Shown: positions 48,233 through 57,757, numbered from the stretch's first letter. The stretch is 64,000 nt of DNA from a virus (IMGVR_UViG_3300024269_000002), one strand, 5' to 3'. The notes: a model not told the origin generated them from the sequence alone. Numbers and translations: made by a program.

Positions 48233-48499
48233 ATGAAGAAGTACATTATTAAGAAGCACTGTGAAGCGACAGAACGCTGCACAGTTGCATTAGGCCGTGT
48301 TCAGGATTACTATTACGGAGATAGCGAAAGGTTTCTGAGTCGCGATTTCCTTCCCTCTGAAGAGACCACTCGTATCTGTGGATATGATTCAGAAGTTGCT
48401 GCTCAGGAGCGTATGAAGGCAATTCAGAAGTCCGCAGAGCTGGAACAGTCCTCCGGATACTGGGTGATTACCACCGAAATTATTTCCGTGGAGGTTTAA
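48233..48499 (+). CDS. Hypothetical protein
   Basis: GGAGG RBS before ATG 48233. Confidence 0.6.
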   Translation: MKKYIIKKHCEATERCTVALGRVQDYYYGDSERFLSRDFLPSEETTRICGYDSEVAAQERMKAIQKSAELEQSSGYWVITTEIISVEV

Positions 48500-48502
48500 T
48501 CG

Positions 48503-48739
48503 ATGGACCAAACCAGAGAAGCTCCGAAAGTATCTATTCGGAAAGTTCCTATGATGCCGTTCAAAGTGAGCGTGCTTTGTGATTGCGGTGGTGAATATAT
48601 TTTCGATGATGCTCCCGTTGCACTGCATCCTCGAGTTTACAAGCATAAGTGTAACAACTGTGGTTATGAACTCCTTCTTCAGGAGCATTTCCCACAAACT
48701 GTTTATGAAGAGGTACAGTTTGATGCCGAAGGTAATTGA
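48503..48739 (+). CDS. Small zinc-ribbon protein
   Basis: CDCGG...CNNCG. Confidence 0.6.
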   Translation: MDQTREAPKVSIRKVPMMPFKVSVLCDCGGEYIFDDAPVALHPRVYKHKCNNCGYELLLQEHFPQTVYEEVQFDAEGN

Positions 48740-49199
48740 CTCATTTCAGTTAGAGTATGATTTCCTGAGTAACTTCTATCCTTGTTTTGTTACTTACAAA
48801 GGAATTACATATCAGAGCTCTGAAGCAGCATTTCATGCTCAAAAGACACATGATGTGTATAAACAGGTCGAGTTCACACTGATGAATCCCTCACAATCCA
48901 AGAAAGCTGGCAGATCACTTGCTCTCCGACCAGACTGGGATGATGTTAAGTATCAGATCATGTACGAAATTGTGTTACAGAAATTCGTACAGAATGAATG
49001 GATACAGCAGAAGCTTCTCGCAACAGAAGATGCTGAGCTCATTGAAGGTAACTGGTGGGGTGACACTTACTGGGGCGTCTGTAAGGGAGTAGGAGAAAAT
49101 AATCTGGGAAAAATTCTCATGAATGTTCGAGACTACCTTAGAACTGTACAGAGTGCTCAGTTAACTTTGGCAGTTAGGAAGGAGGACAGAGATGGCTAA
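48723..49199 (+). CDS. NADAR (YbiA-like) family protein
   Basis: FLSNFY, SEAAFHAQK, LRPDWD, KF.QN, L.EGN.WGD.YWG, G.NNLGKILM.VR. Confidence 0.9.
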   Translation: MPKVIDSFQLEYDFLSNFYPCFVTYKGITYQSSEAAFHAQKTHDVYKQVEFTLMNPSQSKKAGRSLALRPDWDDVKYQIMYEIVLQKFVQNEWIQQKLLATEDAELIEGNWWGDTYWGVCKGVGENNLGKILMNVRDYLRTVQSAQLTLAVRKEDRDG

Positions 49200-49596
49200 C
49201 TACAGTACTGTGGCCTTCCGAAACACGCTACAAGATATGATTGAAAACCCTGTAATGGAACTTCGAAGCGATGTTACAGACATCTCTGCGTGTGTCAACA
49301 CTATTGATCAACAGTTACGCAACACATCCGAAAAGTTGGAAACAGAGTTAACGGAACTAAGAAACGAAAACAACAAGCTTCGTAACCAAGGATATGCAAC
49401 TCTTGATCAGTTAGATACACTTATTCATCATCAGTTAACAACTTTGGATTCAATGATTGTTTGTTTTAGAACTTGCAGTCAGCTATCAACAAACATCAAC
49501 AACCAGTTAACTAAGAAAATCAAACGGTTAACAAGATTAACAGCATTGCTTGGTTTACTTAGCATTGCTGCAATACTTTTTGCAATATTGAGGTAA
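49192..49596 (+). CDS. Coiled-coil protein with C-terminal TM anchor
   Basis: Heptads plus hydrophobic C-terminus; AAGGAGG RBS. Confidence 0.6.
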   Translation: MANYSTVAFRNTLQDMIENPVMELRSDVTDISACVNTIDQQLRNTSEKLETELTELRNENNKLRNQGYATLDQLDTLIHHQLTTLDSMIVCFRTCSQLSTNINNQLTKKIKRLTRLTALLGLLSIAAILFAILR

Positions 49597-49602
49597 AATC
49601 AT

Positions 49603-49941
49603 ATGTCCATTGAATCTTTGAATGCTGTCCAGAGCTGTCAAACTGAAGAGAATGTTTGCGTATGGACAGCTGGTACTATTGCCAATCTAACTCCTGTTCA
49701 AGAATGTAATTGTCAAGTTGATAACTTGCCGTCTGCAGAGGATTATCAGCAACAGGATATGAACTATGTGACGGGATACTGGGAACTTCAGTCAAGAAAG
49801 TGGAGTGAACCGAAATACCGTTGTCCTGTTTGTAATGAAGGTGGCATGCGTAGAGATGAAACAGTTGTTCTCACTTCTAATCCTCCTTCTTATCGGTATG
49901 AGTGTGATAAGTGTCATCATGTTACATATCATCACATCTGA
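49603..49941 (+). CDS. Zinc-ribbon protein
   Basis: CPVC...LTSNPP.Y.Y.CDKC. Confidence 0.6.
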   Translation: MSIESLNAVQSCQTEENVCVWTAGTIANLTPVQECNCQVDNLPSAEDYQQQDMNYVTGYWELQSRKWSEPKYRCPVCNEGGMRRDETVVLTSNPPSYRYECDKCHHVTYHHI

Positions 49942-49950
49942 GGAGTAGTT

Positions 49951-50232
49951 ATGTCTAATCATTACTGTAAAAATCTATTACCGAACGGTGTATGTAGAAA
50001 AACAGGGAAACTCTGCGAAGATGCATTGCCAAGTAATGCTCTCGAACCTGAACTTCCGAACTGGTTATCCCCTGAAAACATTCCACCAGCTTGCAGAGGA
50101 TGTTCAAACCATCCAAGTAATGGAGGAACAGGAATCTGTTTCTGTACTCTTGGTAGTATGGAATTTACTGCAGGGACGAGTACAGGTTCCGATATTCAGT
50201 ACACAACAAGTATCAATGTTGCCGAGGATTAA
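49951..50232 (+). CDS. Cys-rich hypothetical protein
   Basis: CRGCSNHP.NGG.GIC.CTL. Confidence 0.55.
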   Translation: MSNHYCKNLLPNGVCRKTGKLCEDALPSNALEPELPNWLSPENIPPACRGCSNHPSNGGTGICFCTLGSMEFTAGTSTGSDIQYTTSINVAED

Positions 50233-50244
50233 CTTCCTCGGCAA
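50219..50244 (+). terminator. Hairpin over stop codon
   Basis: TTGCCGAGGA/TCCTCGGCAA; weak U-tail. Confidence 0.45.
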
Positions 50245-50247
50245 TTA

Positions 50248-50278
50248 AGTTGATCATTTCAACTGTTACAACTATAAT
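50248..50278 (+). promoter_or_regulatory. Phage promoter P12 with AACTGTT box
   Basis: TTGATC 50250-50255, TATAAT 50273-50278. Confidence 0.85.
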
Positions 50279-50306
50279 AAAGTTATACTACAACAAGGAT
50301 GGTACT

Positions 50307-50642
50307 ATGATGTTTGGTTTACTGATTCGTGAGTATGAATACGGTTCAAGTAAAGTTACAGAAAAGTTGTATCACAAGATCTACGCATCTCAAGATGATG
50401 CATTTTCCGGCGCAAGATCGCTCATGAGTGGTAAAGCGAAAACTTTGAACCATTCCTCTACTCAGAGAGACAACATAACTAAGTTCATGTGTGTTGATTA
50501 CGGATACACTGTTGGAAACACAGATGACTTTGATGCAGCTGTAATCTTTGTTGACGGTAAATATGGTATTCATTCAGAAAATGATGCAACCATCAAGCTT
50601 GTTACTTCTGCAAAAGTTGTAAAATTTATGGAGAGCCAATGA
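50307..50642 (+). CDS. Hypothetical protein
   Basis: AAGGA RBS; start must follow P12. Confidence 0.55.
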   Translation: MMFGLLIREYEYGSSKVTEKLYHKIYASQDDAFSGARSLMSGKAKTLNHSSTQRDNITKFMCVDYGYTVGNTDDFDAAVIFVDGKYGIHSENDATIKLVTSAKVVKFMESQ

Positions 50643-50643
50643 T

Positions 50644-50886
50644 ATGTCGAAAGCACAAACAACACATTACATCGGTATGAATGATCAAGGATTGTATTGG
50701 GCAGGATACAACACTTGGACTGATCAGATCCGAAAGGCTAAACAGTACAACAGCTTGAAACTTGCGCAGGAGTACATTCGTGAAGCTGTAATTAGATCTA
50801 ATCAGTGGAGTCATCCTCCAATCAATTCCTACACTATACTAACTGTTGAAATAAACATTCTTGACACACAAGAATTCAGCGTCTAA
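50644..50886 (+). CDS. Hypothetical protein
   Basis: GGAG RBS. Confidence 0.55.
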   Translation: MSKAQTTHYIGMNDQGLYWAGYNTWTDQIRKAKQYNSLKLAQEYIREAVIRSNQWSHPPINSYTILTVEINILDTQEFSV

Positions 50887-50896
50887 GGAGCATAAT

Positions 50897-51346
50897 GTGA
50901 CAAATATCAAATCTTGTTATAGAACCGCAAGAAAGCAACATGTGTGCAATCTTTGTAACGGTTACATAAATCCAGGTGATAGATACCACTACGAATTCAA
51001 CAAAGATGGGTCGGATGTTTGGAGTTTCGTAGCTCATCTTGAATGTCAATTTGTAGCTCAGGAACTGTGGGAGTTCATTGATCCGTGGGATGGAATGTTT
51101 GATGATGACTTTCAAGATGGTGTTCGCAGATTCTGTAAGAATATGATCTGCCCTAAGTGCAAGAATTACAACACGGAAGATGAAGACTGCATGAACGATG
51201 AGTCTTACTGTATCCATCATTGCGTAACTCTGCTGAAAGATTATGATTTTACAACAGTGAAGGTTGATAACCCGAAACCATTTGGACGATACTGGGGTCT
51301 TGTTAAGAAAGAACATCCCCTCACTAAACTTCCTGGAGAACTTTGA
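50897..51346 (+). CDS. Cys/His-rich zinc-binding protein
   Basis: ARK.H.C..C...I.PG..Y...H..C; TAAGGAG before GTG. Confidence 0.6.
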   Translation: MTNIKSCYRTARKQHVCNLCNGYINPGDRYHYEFNKDGSDVWSFVAHLECQFVAQELWEFIDPWDGMFDDDFQDGVRRFCKNMICPKCKNYNTEDEDCMNDESYCIHHCVTLLKDYDFTTVKVDNPKPFGRYWGLVKKEHPLTKLPGEL

Positions 51347-51347
51347 T

Positions 51348-51614
51348 ATGAGTTGTTGTAGCACACATTGTGAGCGATACTGGATATGTGCCAGAGCGTA
51401 TGAATCCGGTTCTGCAGTTAACTGGCATGAGTATGGATTAGGCGGTTACATGGTTCCTTCTTTGAGCTACTGCGGTCCTGACGGTAGTTACGGACTGTTC
51501 CAACCAGCTGATCCTTCTATCCTAGAAAACAAGATAGCTGCATATCAAGTTGCTCTTGAAAGACTAAGAAATTTATTATCACAGGAGGAGAAAAATGAAG
51601 ACATCCAAGCCTAA
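51348..51614 (+). CDS. Cys-rich hypothetical protein
   Basis: CC...C....C.R; GGAG RBS. Confidence 0.5.
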   Translation: MSCCSTHCERYWICARAYESGSAVNWHEYGLGGYMVPSLSYCGPDGSYGLFQPADPSILENKIAAYQVALERLRNLLSQEEKNEDIQA

Positions 51615-51780
51615 AGAATTGTACTGCTATGCTCGTGCTGCGGAATTGCAAGAACAATGTCACGAATCTTGGTCAAGATGTTACAAGAAGGCAGAAGAAG
51701 AGTACGATAGTCTCCGAAATCTGACAACTCCTGCTGATTATGATGATGACGTAAGTGATTTGGAGGGATACATTGAGTAA
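51595..51780 (+). CDS. Hypothetical protein
   Basis: AGGAGGAG RBS. Confidence 0.55.
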   Translation: MKTSKPKELYCYARAAELQEQCHESWSRCYKKAEEEYDSLRNLTTPADYDDDVSDLEGYIE

Positions 51781-52369
51781 CTTTTACATTGGAGATCCGC
51801 ATCTATTTCATTCTAATATTCTTCGTTATGATAACAGACCATTCAAGAACTCTGACATCATGAATGGAGTGATTATCCAGAATTGGAATGATGTTGTTAC
51901 TCCTGAAGACACTGTTTACATGGTGGGAGACGTTTCTTGGTCGTTTGATCCACAAGTAAACAGATCAATCTTGAAATCTCTGAATGGTCACAAAATCTTG
52001 ATTAGGGGAAATCACGATGCTCCTATGAGAGATGTTCGTGATTGTTTTGACAAGGTTGTTGACTATCTGGAAATCACTGATAATGGAGTGAAGGTTATTC
52101 TATTCCATTATCCTATCCTGTTCTGGAATGGTCAGTTCCATGACAGTGTTCATATATATGCTCATGTACATAATTCTCATCAGTGGAATATGATGGAGGC
52201 GTACATGAAAGAAGCTCGTGCTTTACAAGCACTTCCTATGAGAGCATATAATGTTGGCTGTATGATGCCGTGGATGAACTACACACCTAGAACTCTAAAA
52301 CAAATCATTGATGGATATTCCGTTGCTCCTAACATTGATCTAAGAGGTGATAACAGTGGGAAAAGTTAA
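51773..52369 (+). CDS. Metallophosphoesterase
   Basis: GDPHLFH.NI, WN..V...D.VY.VGD, GNHD, HYP, AHVH. Confidence 0.88.
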   Translation: MSNFYIGDPHLFHSNILRYDNRPFKNSDIMNGVIIQNWNDVVTPEDTVYMVGDVSWSFDPQVNRSILKSLNGHKILIRGNHDAPMRDVRDCFDKVVDYLEITDNGVKVILFHYPILFWNGQFHDSVHIYAHVHNSHQWNMMEAYMKEARALQALPMRAYNVGCMMPWMNYTPRTLKQIIDGYSVAPNIDLRGDNSGKS

Positions 52370-52712
52370 GGAACAACTACTTGATAACCTCGAGTGCGGA
52401 TGGTTGGCTCCTGATGGTTCTTTCTGGCCCTGTGAAACTTGCGAACATGTTTCTGTTGCAAGAATGCTATGCGACAAGTTTGAATACAACATCTGGGAGT
52501 ATCGAGGACAAGCGGACGACACACTTCTGCATCGTGGTTGGATTCATATTACGCTCTCAGAGTGGGACAAGGAGTGGCGAGTTGACTGGAAGTGGACTCA
52601 TAAAATTACTTATCCGCAAGTTCAGTTCCTCAAGCCCTACTTCGAAGACATCCACCCTGTTAACGATCTTGTTAAACATAGATGGGAGAGAGAAGTTGAA
52701 GAATTATACTGA
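52356..52712 (+). CDS. Hypothetical protein (W..PDG.F...H family)
   Basis: GWLAPDGSF...H..VA...LL.RGW. Confidence 0.6.
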   Translation: MGKVKEQLLDNLECGWLAPDGSFWPCETCEHVSVARMLCDKFEYNIWEYRGQADDTLLHRGWIHITLSEWDKEWRVDWKWTHKITYPQVQFLKPYFEDIHPVNDLVKHRWEREVEELY

Positions 52713-53121
52713 ACAAGAAATTGAAAACGCCTTGCAGATTCTTGACTACTACAAAGGATGTGCTGGAGGAGACGCCAAGCCATCAATTGAAAAATCAATC
52801 GAAATTGCAAGACACTGTATCAGAATGAGAAACACTCCTAGATGGATTGACGCTAAAGAGTCACTGCCTGAAAAACAAGGATACGGAAATTTTGTAAAGT
52901 GCAATGTAATTGTAGTTCATTGTCAAACAAGCTGGAGTTTCACCGAGCCTCCTGAAACATTTGAAAAAGAAATTGTTTATTCAGCGCTGTTTGACATCGA
53001 GCAAAAAATCTGGCATATTCAAGAAGAACATCTATTCCTGAATGCTCTAATTGATCCTGAGGATCTTCCCGCTGACTCTGACTACGTCAGCTTCTGGATG
53101 TATGCTCCTTCAATCGAATAA
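52696..53121 (+). CDS. Hypothetical protein (DUF551-like WI...LP...W motif)
   Basis: RWIDAKESLPE...VSFWM; TTG start after GGGAG. Confidence 0.55.
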   Translation: MKNYTEQEIENALQILDYYKGCAGGDAKPSIEKSIEIARHCIRMRNTPRWIDAKESLPEKQGYGNFVKCNVIVVHCQTSWSFTEPPETFEKEIVYSALFDIEQKIWHIQEEHLFLNALIDPEDLPADSDYVSFWMYAPSIE

Positions 53122-53126
53122 ATTCA

Positions 53127-53155
53127 ATGAGCAGCTGTAACAAGCTGCTCATTTT
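53127..53155 (+). terminator. Rho-independent terminator
   Basis: ATGAGCAGCT...AGCTGCTCAT followed by TTT. Confidence 0.75.
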
Positions 53156-53186
53156 AGTTGATCAACAAACTGTTATCAATTATAAT
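53156..53186 (+). promoter_or_regulatory. Phage promoter P13 with AACTGTT box
   Basis: TTGATC 53158-53163, TATAAT 53181-53186. Confidence 0.85.
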
Positions 53187-53219
53187 ATAGTTATAGAATA
53201 AAACTGGAGCGTGATCTTT

Positions 53220-53585
53220 ATGATGAAGCAAGAGTTTGAACAACTGATAGGTAAAGTAGTTGAATGGAATGTTTTCAAAATGTACGAATCAATGTACATG
53301 GCAACTGATCTGTCCAAGCAAGAATTTGTCAATCTATTGAATATTAAAGCCATTCCCGAGGATCCGGCGGTTGTTGCAGCTCGTGAAGAAAACGAGCGAA
53401 GAAAACTTGAGTACAAAGCTCAGTTAAGGGCGTTGCAGACTATTCGCGATAATCATTTAGACAACTACAGAAGAAACATGAAAACCGGATTAACAGTTTT
53501 TGCACAATCTGAAAGATATCAAGCACAAGAGTGTGACAGAGCAATCAGAGAGTTAAGATGGTTCATTAAAACTTGTACGACATAG
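53220..53585 (+). CDS. Hypothetical protein
   Basis: GGAG RBS. Confidence 0.6.
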   Translation: MMKQEFEQLIGKVVEWNVFKMYESMYMATDLSKQEFVNLLNIKAIPEDPAVVAAREENERRKLEYKAQLRALQTIRDNHLDNYRRNMKTGLTVFAQSERYQAQECDRAIRELRWFIKTCTT

Positions 53586-53594
53586 GAGATTTAC

Positions 53595-54596
53595 ATGGCT
53601 GAAATTACTTATGGTGGCTGGTCCCTCTTTGACAAGGTAACGATTGTTGAGAAGTGGGGCAACTGGGGCGGTAAGATGGCGATGCCTCAGGGATATGTTT
53701 GTGACAGCAACAACAAGAAGATGTTGGAAGCTGCAAAGGGTTGGGCTCGATGGTGGGAATACCCTGTAGATGAAAATGGGAAAAAGAACTGGGAAAACCG
53801 AATCGAGCATGAAGGAATTTGTCATGAATTTGATAATTCCGGCTTCGTTCTCGAACTTCTTGATTGCGCTCAAGACAGCAGTCAAGGTGGTAAACTGAGC
53901 TTCTGGAATTGTAGAATCACCAAGGGTGAGCAATCTTGGAAGATCGGTATTGCTGCTGATCTGCTTCTTGATGTTCTGAAGAACACAACTTTTATCAACG
54001 GGGTGTGTACGGAACCGCTGTTCTTTGCTAGAAAGAGTGGCAAGGTTGGTTTGCTGTGTAAGGGTATGGATGCTTATAAGCAAGCTACAAAGGATGTACA
54101 GAGAAAAGCAGATGTTCGTCAGGGCAAGACAAAGAAGTATGTTGAAGGGCAGACGTATGAAACTTTGACTCTGAACAATGTTTATCTTGGCTGCTTCTAT
54201 CAGTGGTTTACTTGGGAGGATGAGTATAACTACTGGAATCATAGATATGACAAGAAAATTGTCAAGAAGCTTGATAAGCCTCAGAAAGTTTACTGGCTTC
54301 CCTCCTATGAAGCGGAACGCACAAAGAGGACTGACTATCAAATCAAAGCTTGGGACTTCGCTGACAACTGTCCAGCTCGTAAGCCAGGACTGTCAACCGT
54401 TGAAGTAGATGGTTCTCTTGATGAGTTGTTAACTGCTAGAAGGGACGAGCTGGTATACAACCTTCCTAAGCAGAAGACTCCTTACCACTTCTATCTTGAT
54501 AGAACATGGTTCTTAAGTACCAGCAAAGATGAGTGGATCTGGCCTGATGGAATGAAGGAGGCTCTCATTGCTAACGGTTGGACAATTGAGGAGTAA
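53595..54596 (+). CDS. Hypothetical Trp-rich protein
   Basis: 333-aa ORF, AGGAG RBS. Confidence 0.65.
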   Translation: MAEITYGGWSLFDKVTIVEKWGNWGGKMAMPQGYVCDSNNKKMLEAAKGWARWWEYPVDENGKKNWENRIEHEGICHEFDNSGFVLELLDCAQDSSQGGKLSFWNCRITKGEQSWKIGIAADLLLDVLKNTTFINGVCTEPLFFARKSGKVGLLCKGMDAYKQATKDVQRKADVRQGKTKKYVEGQTYETLTLNNVYLGCFYQWFTWEDEYNYWNHRYDKKIVKKLDKPQKVYWLPSYEAERTKRTDYQIKAWDFADNCPARKPGLSTVEVDGSLDELLTARRDELVYNLPKQKTPYHFYLDRTWFLSTSKDEWIWPDGMKEALIANGWTIEE

Positions 54597-54599
54597 TCA

Positions 54600-54630
54600 A
54601 GTTGATTAAATAACAGTTTTTTATTATAAT
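54600..54630 (+). promoter_or_regulatory. Phage promoter P14 with AACAGTT box
   Basis: TTGATT 54602-54607, TATAAT 54625-54630. Confidence 0.85.
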
Positions 54631-54665
54631 AATGTTGTAAATAATAAACGATGGAGGACATTGTT

Positions 54666-55403
54666 ATGGAAACTAAGTTGATTGCTCTTCGCGCTGATCG
54701 GGATATGGTTAAGGCTGTTGTTCGTGAAGAACACGTTAAGCTTCTGAATGAACTGACTCAGTTCGTGCAGACTGAGATTGTTGAGCCTACTGGCGCACAT
54801 CTTTCTCGTCTGACTTTCCGGAATGGCTTCCACGATGATATCGAAGTCACATTTGAGCTTGGTTTCCTGAACGCCGAAGGTAAGGAAGATTTCGGCTCTG
54901 ATTGCTGGTTTGAGTATAACCGCAAGGGCCTGAACATCAATCATGGCACAATCGGCTCCTGGACGAAGGACAATGTCTTCCAGATTCGTAGAATCAAGAT
55001 GCTGAGTTATGTCAGTGACATTCTGCCTCAGCTGGAAGTGAAGTTCAAAGAGATTCTGGACAAGCACCAGCTCTATATTAACAAACAGAGTGAGCTCTGG
55101 TCCATTGAATCTGAAATTTCTCAGCTCGAGAATGCAATCAAGAGAGCTGAAACCGATAAGAAGATGAATACCATTCAGATTGGTAGCCTCATGTGCTATC
55201 CTGAAAAGTTCCACCCTTCCAATCGGCTGTTCTCTACCAATTCCTACTGCAAGAAAGATGATCTGTGGAAGGTGGATAAGATGGGCGAAAAGACTATCAC
55301 TCTGATTTCTCTGAAGAGTGGTGTCTCTCGTCGTGTTCCCAGATCTGATATTCATCAGCACATCCAGAATGCAGGCTTGGAAATTATCAACGAGGAAATT
55401 TGA
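54666..55403 (+). CDS. Hypothetical protein
   Basis: GGAGG RBS before ATG 54666. Confidence 0.65.
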   Translation: METKLIALRADRDMVKAVVREEHVKLLNELTQFVQTEIVEPTGAHLSRLTFRNGFHDDIEVTFELGFLNAEGKEDFGSDCWFEYNRKGLNINHGTIGSWTKDNVFQIRRIKMLSYVSDILPQLEVKFKEILDKHQLYINKQSELWSIESEISQLENAIKRAETDKKMNTIQIGSLMCYPEKFHPSNRLFSTNSYCKKDDLWKVDKMGEKTITLISLKSGVSRRVPRSDIHQHIQNAGLEIINEEI

Positions 55404-56791
55404 TGAAACATGATGTAATCATTGTTGGAGCAGGTCCTGCAGGTATCTTCACAGCATATGAGCTGCTCCAACACAATCCTAAGCTGAATATCCTCATGTT
55501 TGAAAAAGGACATGAGATGCAGTATCGAAAATGCCCAAAGCACAAAACAGGTAAATGCGTAAAGTGTGAACCATGTAACATAACAACAGGATTTAGTGGT
55601 GCGGGAGCTTTCAGTGATGGTAAGCTTTCTTTGAGTCCTGAAGTAGGAGGAGATTTTCCTCAGCTTGTAGGCACCAGTACTGTGGAAGGCTTGATTGCTT
55701 ATACCGACGATATCTACCTCAACTTTGGTGCTGACACAAAAATTGAGGGAATTGAACATCGAGATGAAATCTGGGATATCCGTAAGAGAGCAATCAATGC
55801 AGGACTGAAGCTTGTTGACTGCCCCATTCGGCATCTTGGAACAGAAGCTGCCCAAGTTGTCTACGGACGGCTTGAGAATTATCTGATGAAACATGGTGTT
55901 GGCATTTTGTTTAACAAAACTGTCATTGACATCATTGTTGAAGATGATACTTGTGTTGGTGTTATGGTTAAGAATGAGGATGTTACCGAGTACTTCTATG
56001 CAGACAAGATTGTTGTTGCTGCAGGCAGACGCGGTGCTGAATGGCTTTTCAATGTTTGTAACAAGTATCATATTGAGCGCCAGCCCGGTACTGTAGACAT
56101 CGGTGTTCGTGTTGAGTGTCGTAATGAAATCATGGATGAAATCAACAAGGCTATCTATGAAGGAAAATTCATCGGATACCCTCAACCTTTCAAGAACAAG
56201 GTTCGCACTTTCTGCCAGAATCCAGGCGGAGTTGTGTCCGAAGAAAGATACGATGAAGGCTTGAGCACTGTAAATGGTCATTCGTACAAGAATACAAAAA
56301 CTGACAATACCAATTTCTCTATTCTGTGCTCTCACAACTTCAGTGTACCATTTGATGATCCGATTGCGTATGCTAAGATGGTTGGAAAACTCACCAACAT
56401 GTTAGCTGATAATCATATCCTTGTTCAGCGATTCGGAGACATCATTGATGGTAAGCGAACATGGCAAGATGAGCTCGATCGTGGCAACTTGAAACCTACG
56501 CTACCTGATGCTGTTGCGGGCGACATAACTGCATCTATTCCGTATAGAACGATGACCAATATCATTAACTTTATCTATGCTCTGGATAAAGTAATTCCTG
56601 GTATTGCTTCGTCAGAAACTCTTCTATACGCTCCTGAGCTGAAGTTCTATTCTAACAAAGTAACTATGGATAAACAGCTCAATACCAGTTTGAAGAATCT
56701 TCACTGTTTGGGTGATTCTTCAGGTTGGACACGAGGTCTTATGATGGCATCTGTTATGGGTGTTTACATGGCTCGTCAATTAGTTGAATAA
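55403..56791 (+). CDS. FAD-dependent oxidoreductase (host-like)
   Basis: IVGAGPAG, C..C..C, GAGAFSDGKL, VRTFC.NP.G, GDSSG.TRG. Confidence 0.88.
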   Translation: MKHDVIIVGAGPAGIFTAYELLQHNPKLNILMFEKGHEMQYRKCPKHKTGKCVKCEPCNITTGFSGAGAFSDGKLSLSPEVGGDFPQLVGTSTVEGLIAYTDDIYLNFGADTKIEGIEHRDEIWDIRKRAINAGLKLVDCPIRHLGTEAAQVVYGRLENYLMKHGVGILFNKTVIDIIVEDDTCVGVMVKNEDVTEYFYADKIVVAAGRRGAEWLFNVCNKYHIERQPGTVDIGVRVECRNEIMDEINKAIYEGKFIGYPQPFKNKVRTFCQNPGGVVSEERYDEGLSTVNGHSYKNTKTDNTNFSILCSHNFSVPFDDPIAYAKMVGKLTNMLADNHILVQRFGDIIDGKRTWQDELDRGNLKPTLPDAVAGDITASIPYRTMTNIINFIYALDKVIPGIASSETLLYAPELKFYSNKVTMDKQLNTSLKNLHCLGDSSGWTRGLMMASVMGVYMARQLVE

Positions 56792-56812
56792 TCTTCGGAT
56801 ATTCTATATAAT
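56782..56812 (+). promoter_or_regulatory. Phage promoter P15
   Basis: TTGAAT 56784-56789, TATAAT 56807-56812. Confidence 0.85.
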
Positions 56813-56868
56813 AAAAACAAAGTTACTCAAGTAATACAGAGTAACAAAAACTAAGGAGGAAACTACAT

Positions 56869-57126
56869 ATGTCCTATTCTGTTACCAAGAAGCCTGCTGA
56901 TGTTCTCGATACCTTCTCTTCCGGTGTTCGACAGAAGTACCCTGGTGAGCCTGTTGAAGCAATGCTGAAGAGATTCAAGAAGTCTGTTCAGAACGAAGGC
57001 ATCATGCAGGAGCTGCGCAAGCGTGAGTATTATGTTGCTCCCAGTTTGAAGGCAAGACTGAAGCATCAGGCTGCTGTTCGTGCAATTCGTCGTAAGATGA
57101 AGAAGGCACAGGCAAAGATGTATTGA
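56869..57126 (+). CDS. rpsU: Ribosomal protein bS21 with N-terminal extension
   Basis: GEPVEAMLKRFKK.V...GI.QELRKREYY..PS..AR.K..AA. Confidence 0.88.
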   Translation: MSYSVTKKPADVLDTFSSGVRQKYPGEPVEAMLKRFKKSVQNEGIMQELRKREYYVAPSLKARLKHQAAVRAIRRKMKKAQAKMY

Positions 57127-57323
57127 TGCTGAAACCAATCTTCAGTACGGTACATGATGCCGTAACGGACAAGTCAATGCTTGTTCGTGTAGATCTGATT
57201 CAAAAGATCTGGGAAAGTGAACTGAATGGAAAATCTGTGAGAGTTATTCAGTTTACTAACGGTGACATCGAGTATGTTCACAACTCACTCGAAGCTCTAT
57301 CATACGAGTTTAAGACTCTGTAA
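57123..57323 (+). CDS. Small protein (possibly FlbD-like)
   Basis: LV..DLI..I.E......IQF.NG....V..S pattern. Confidence 0.45.
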   Translation: MMLKPIFSTVHDAVTDKSMLVRVDLIQKIWESELNGKSVRVIQFTNGDIEYVHNSLEALSYEFKTL

Positions 57324-57361
57324 GAGCTTACAAAATTCATAACAAAAGAGGTGATGTTTCC

Positions 57362-57757
57362 TTGGAGCGGACTGATCTTAATTATGTTACGCGATGCTTT
57401 CGATGGCTCGCGAATGAGCTTGTAGTTCCATATATGGACAATGCTCTTCCTGCTCCACTGAAAAATAAAGTTGATACATTCTATGAATCCATTCGTAGCA
57501 CAGTTGACTGGGACTCGTTGACTCGAGAAGACTGCTTGTGGTTAGGATTCATGAATAGCCAGCGTGATATGCTATCAGCTCAAGGAGTAATTCAAGAGCT
57601 GTGGCTTATCCCACAATGGCTCATTCCGATTATTCCTGAGGGCATGTACGTGGAGGATGTACATGGTAATAGATTTCAATATCATGCAAAGGTGTGTGAC
57701 AAAACTACACAATTTGGAGTTCTTGGCTACGGACTTGTTCTCGATGTTACGGAATAA
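57362..57757 (+). CDS. Hypothetical protein
   Basis: GAGGTG RBS; LWLIP.W...IPEG. Confidence 0.6.
   Translation: MERTDLNYVTRCFRWLANELVVPYMDNALPAPLKNKVDTFYESIRSTVDWDSLTREDCLWLGFMNSQRDMLSAQGVIQELWLIPQWLIPIIPEGMYVEDVHGNRFQYHAKVCDKTTQFGVLGYGLVLDVTE

Noticed and set aside
52381-52695. Extended overlap or frameshift between ORFs 52347 and 52381
   Set aside because: A TTG start at 52696 with RBS explains it; no slippery site noticed
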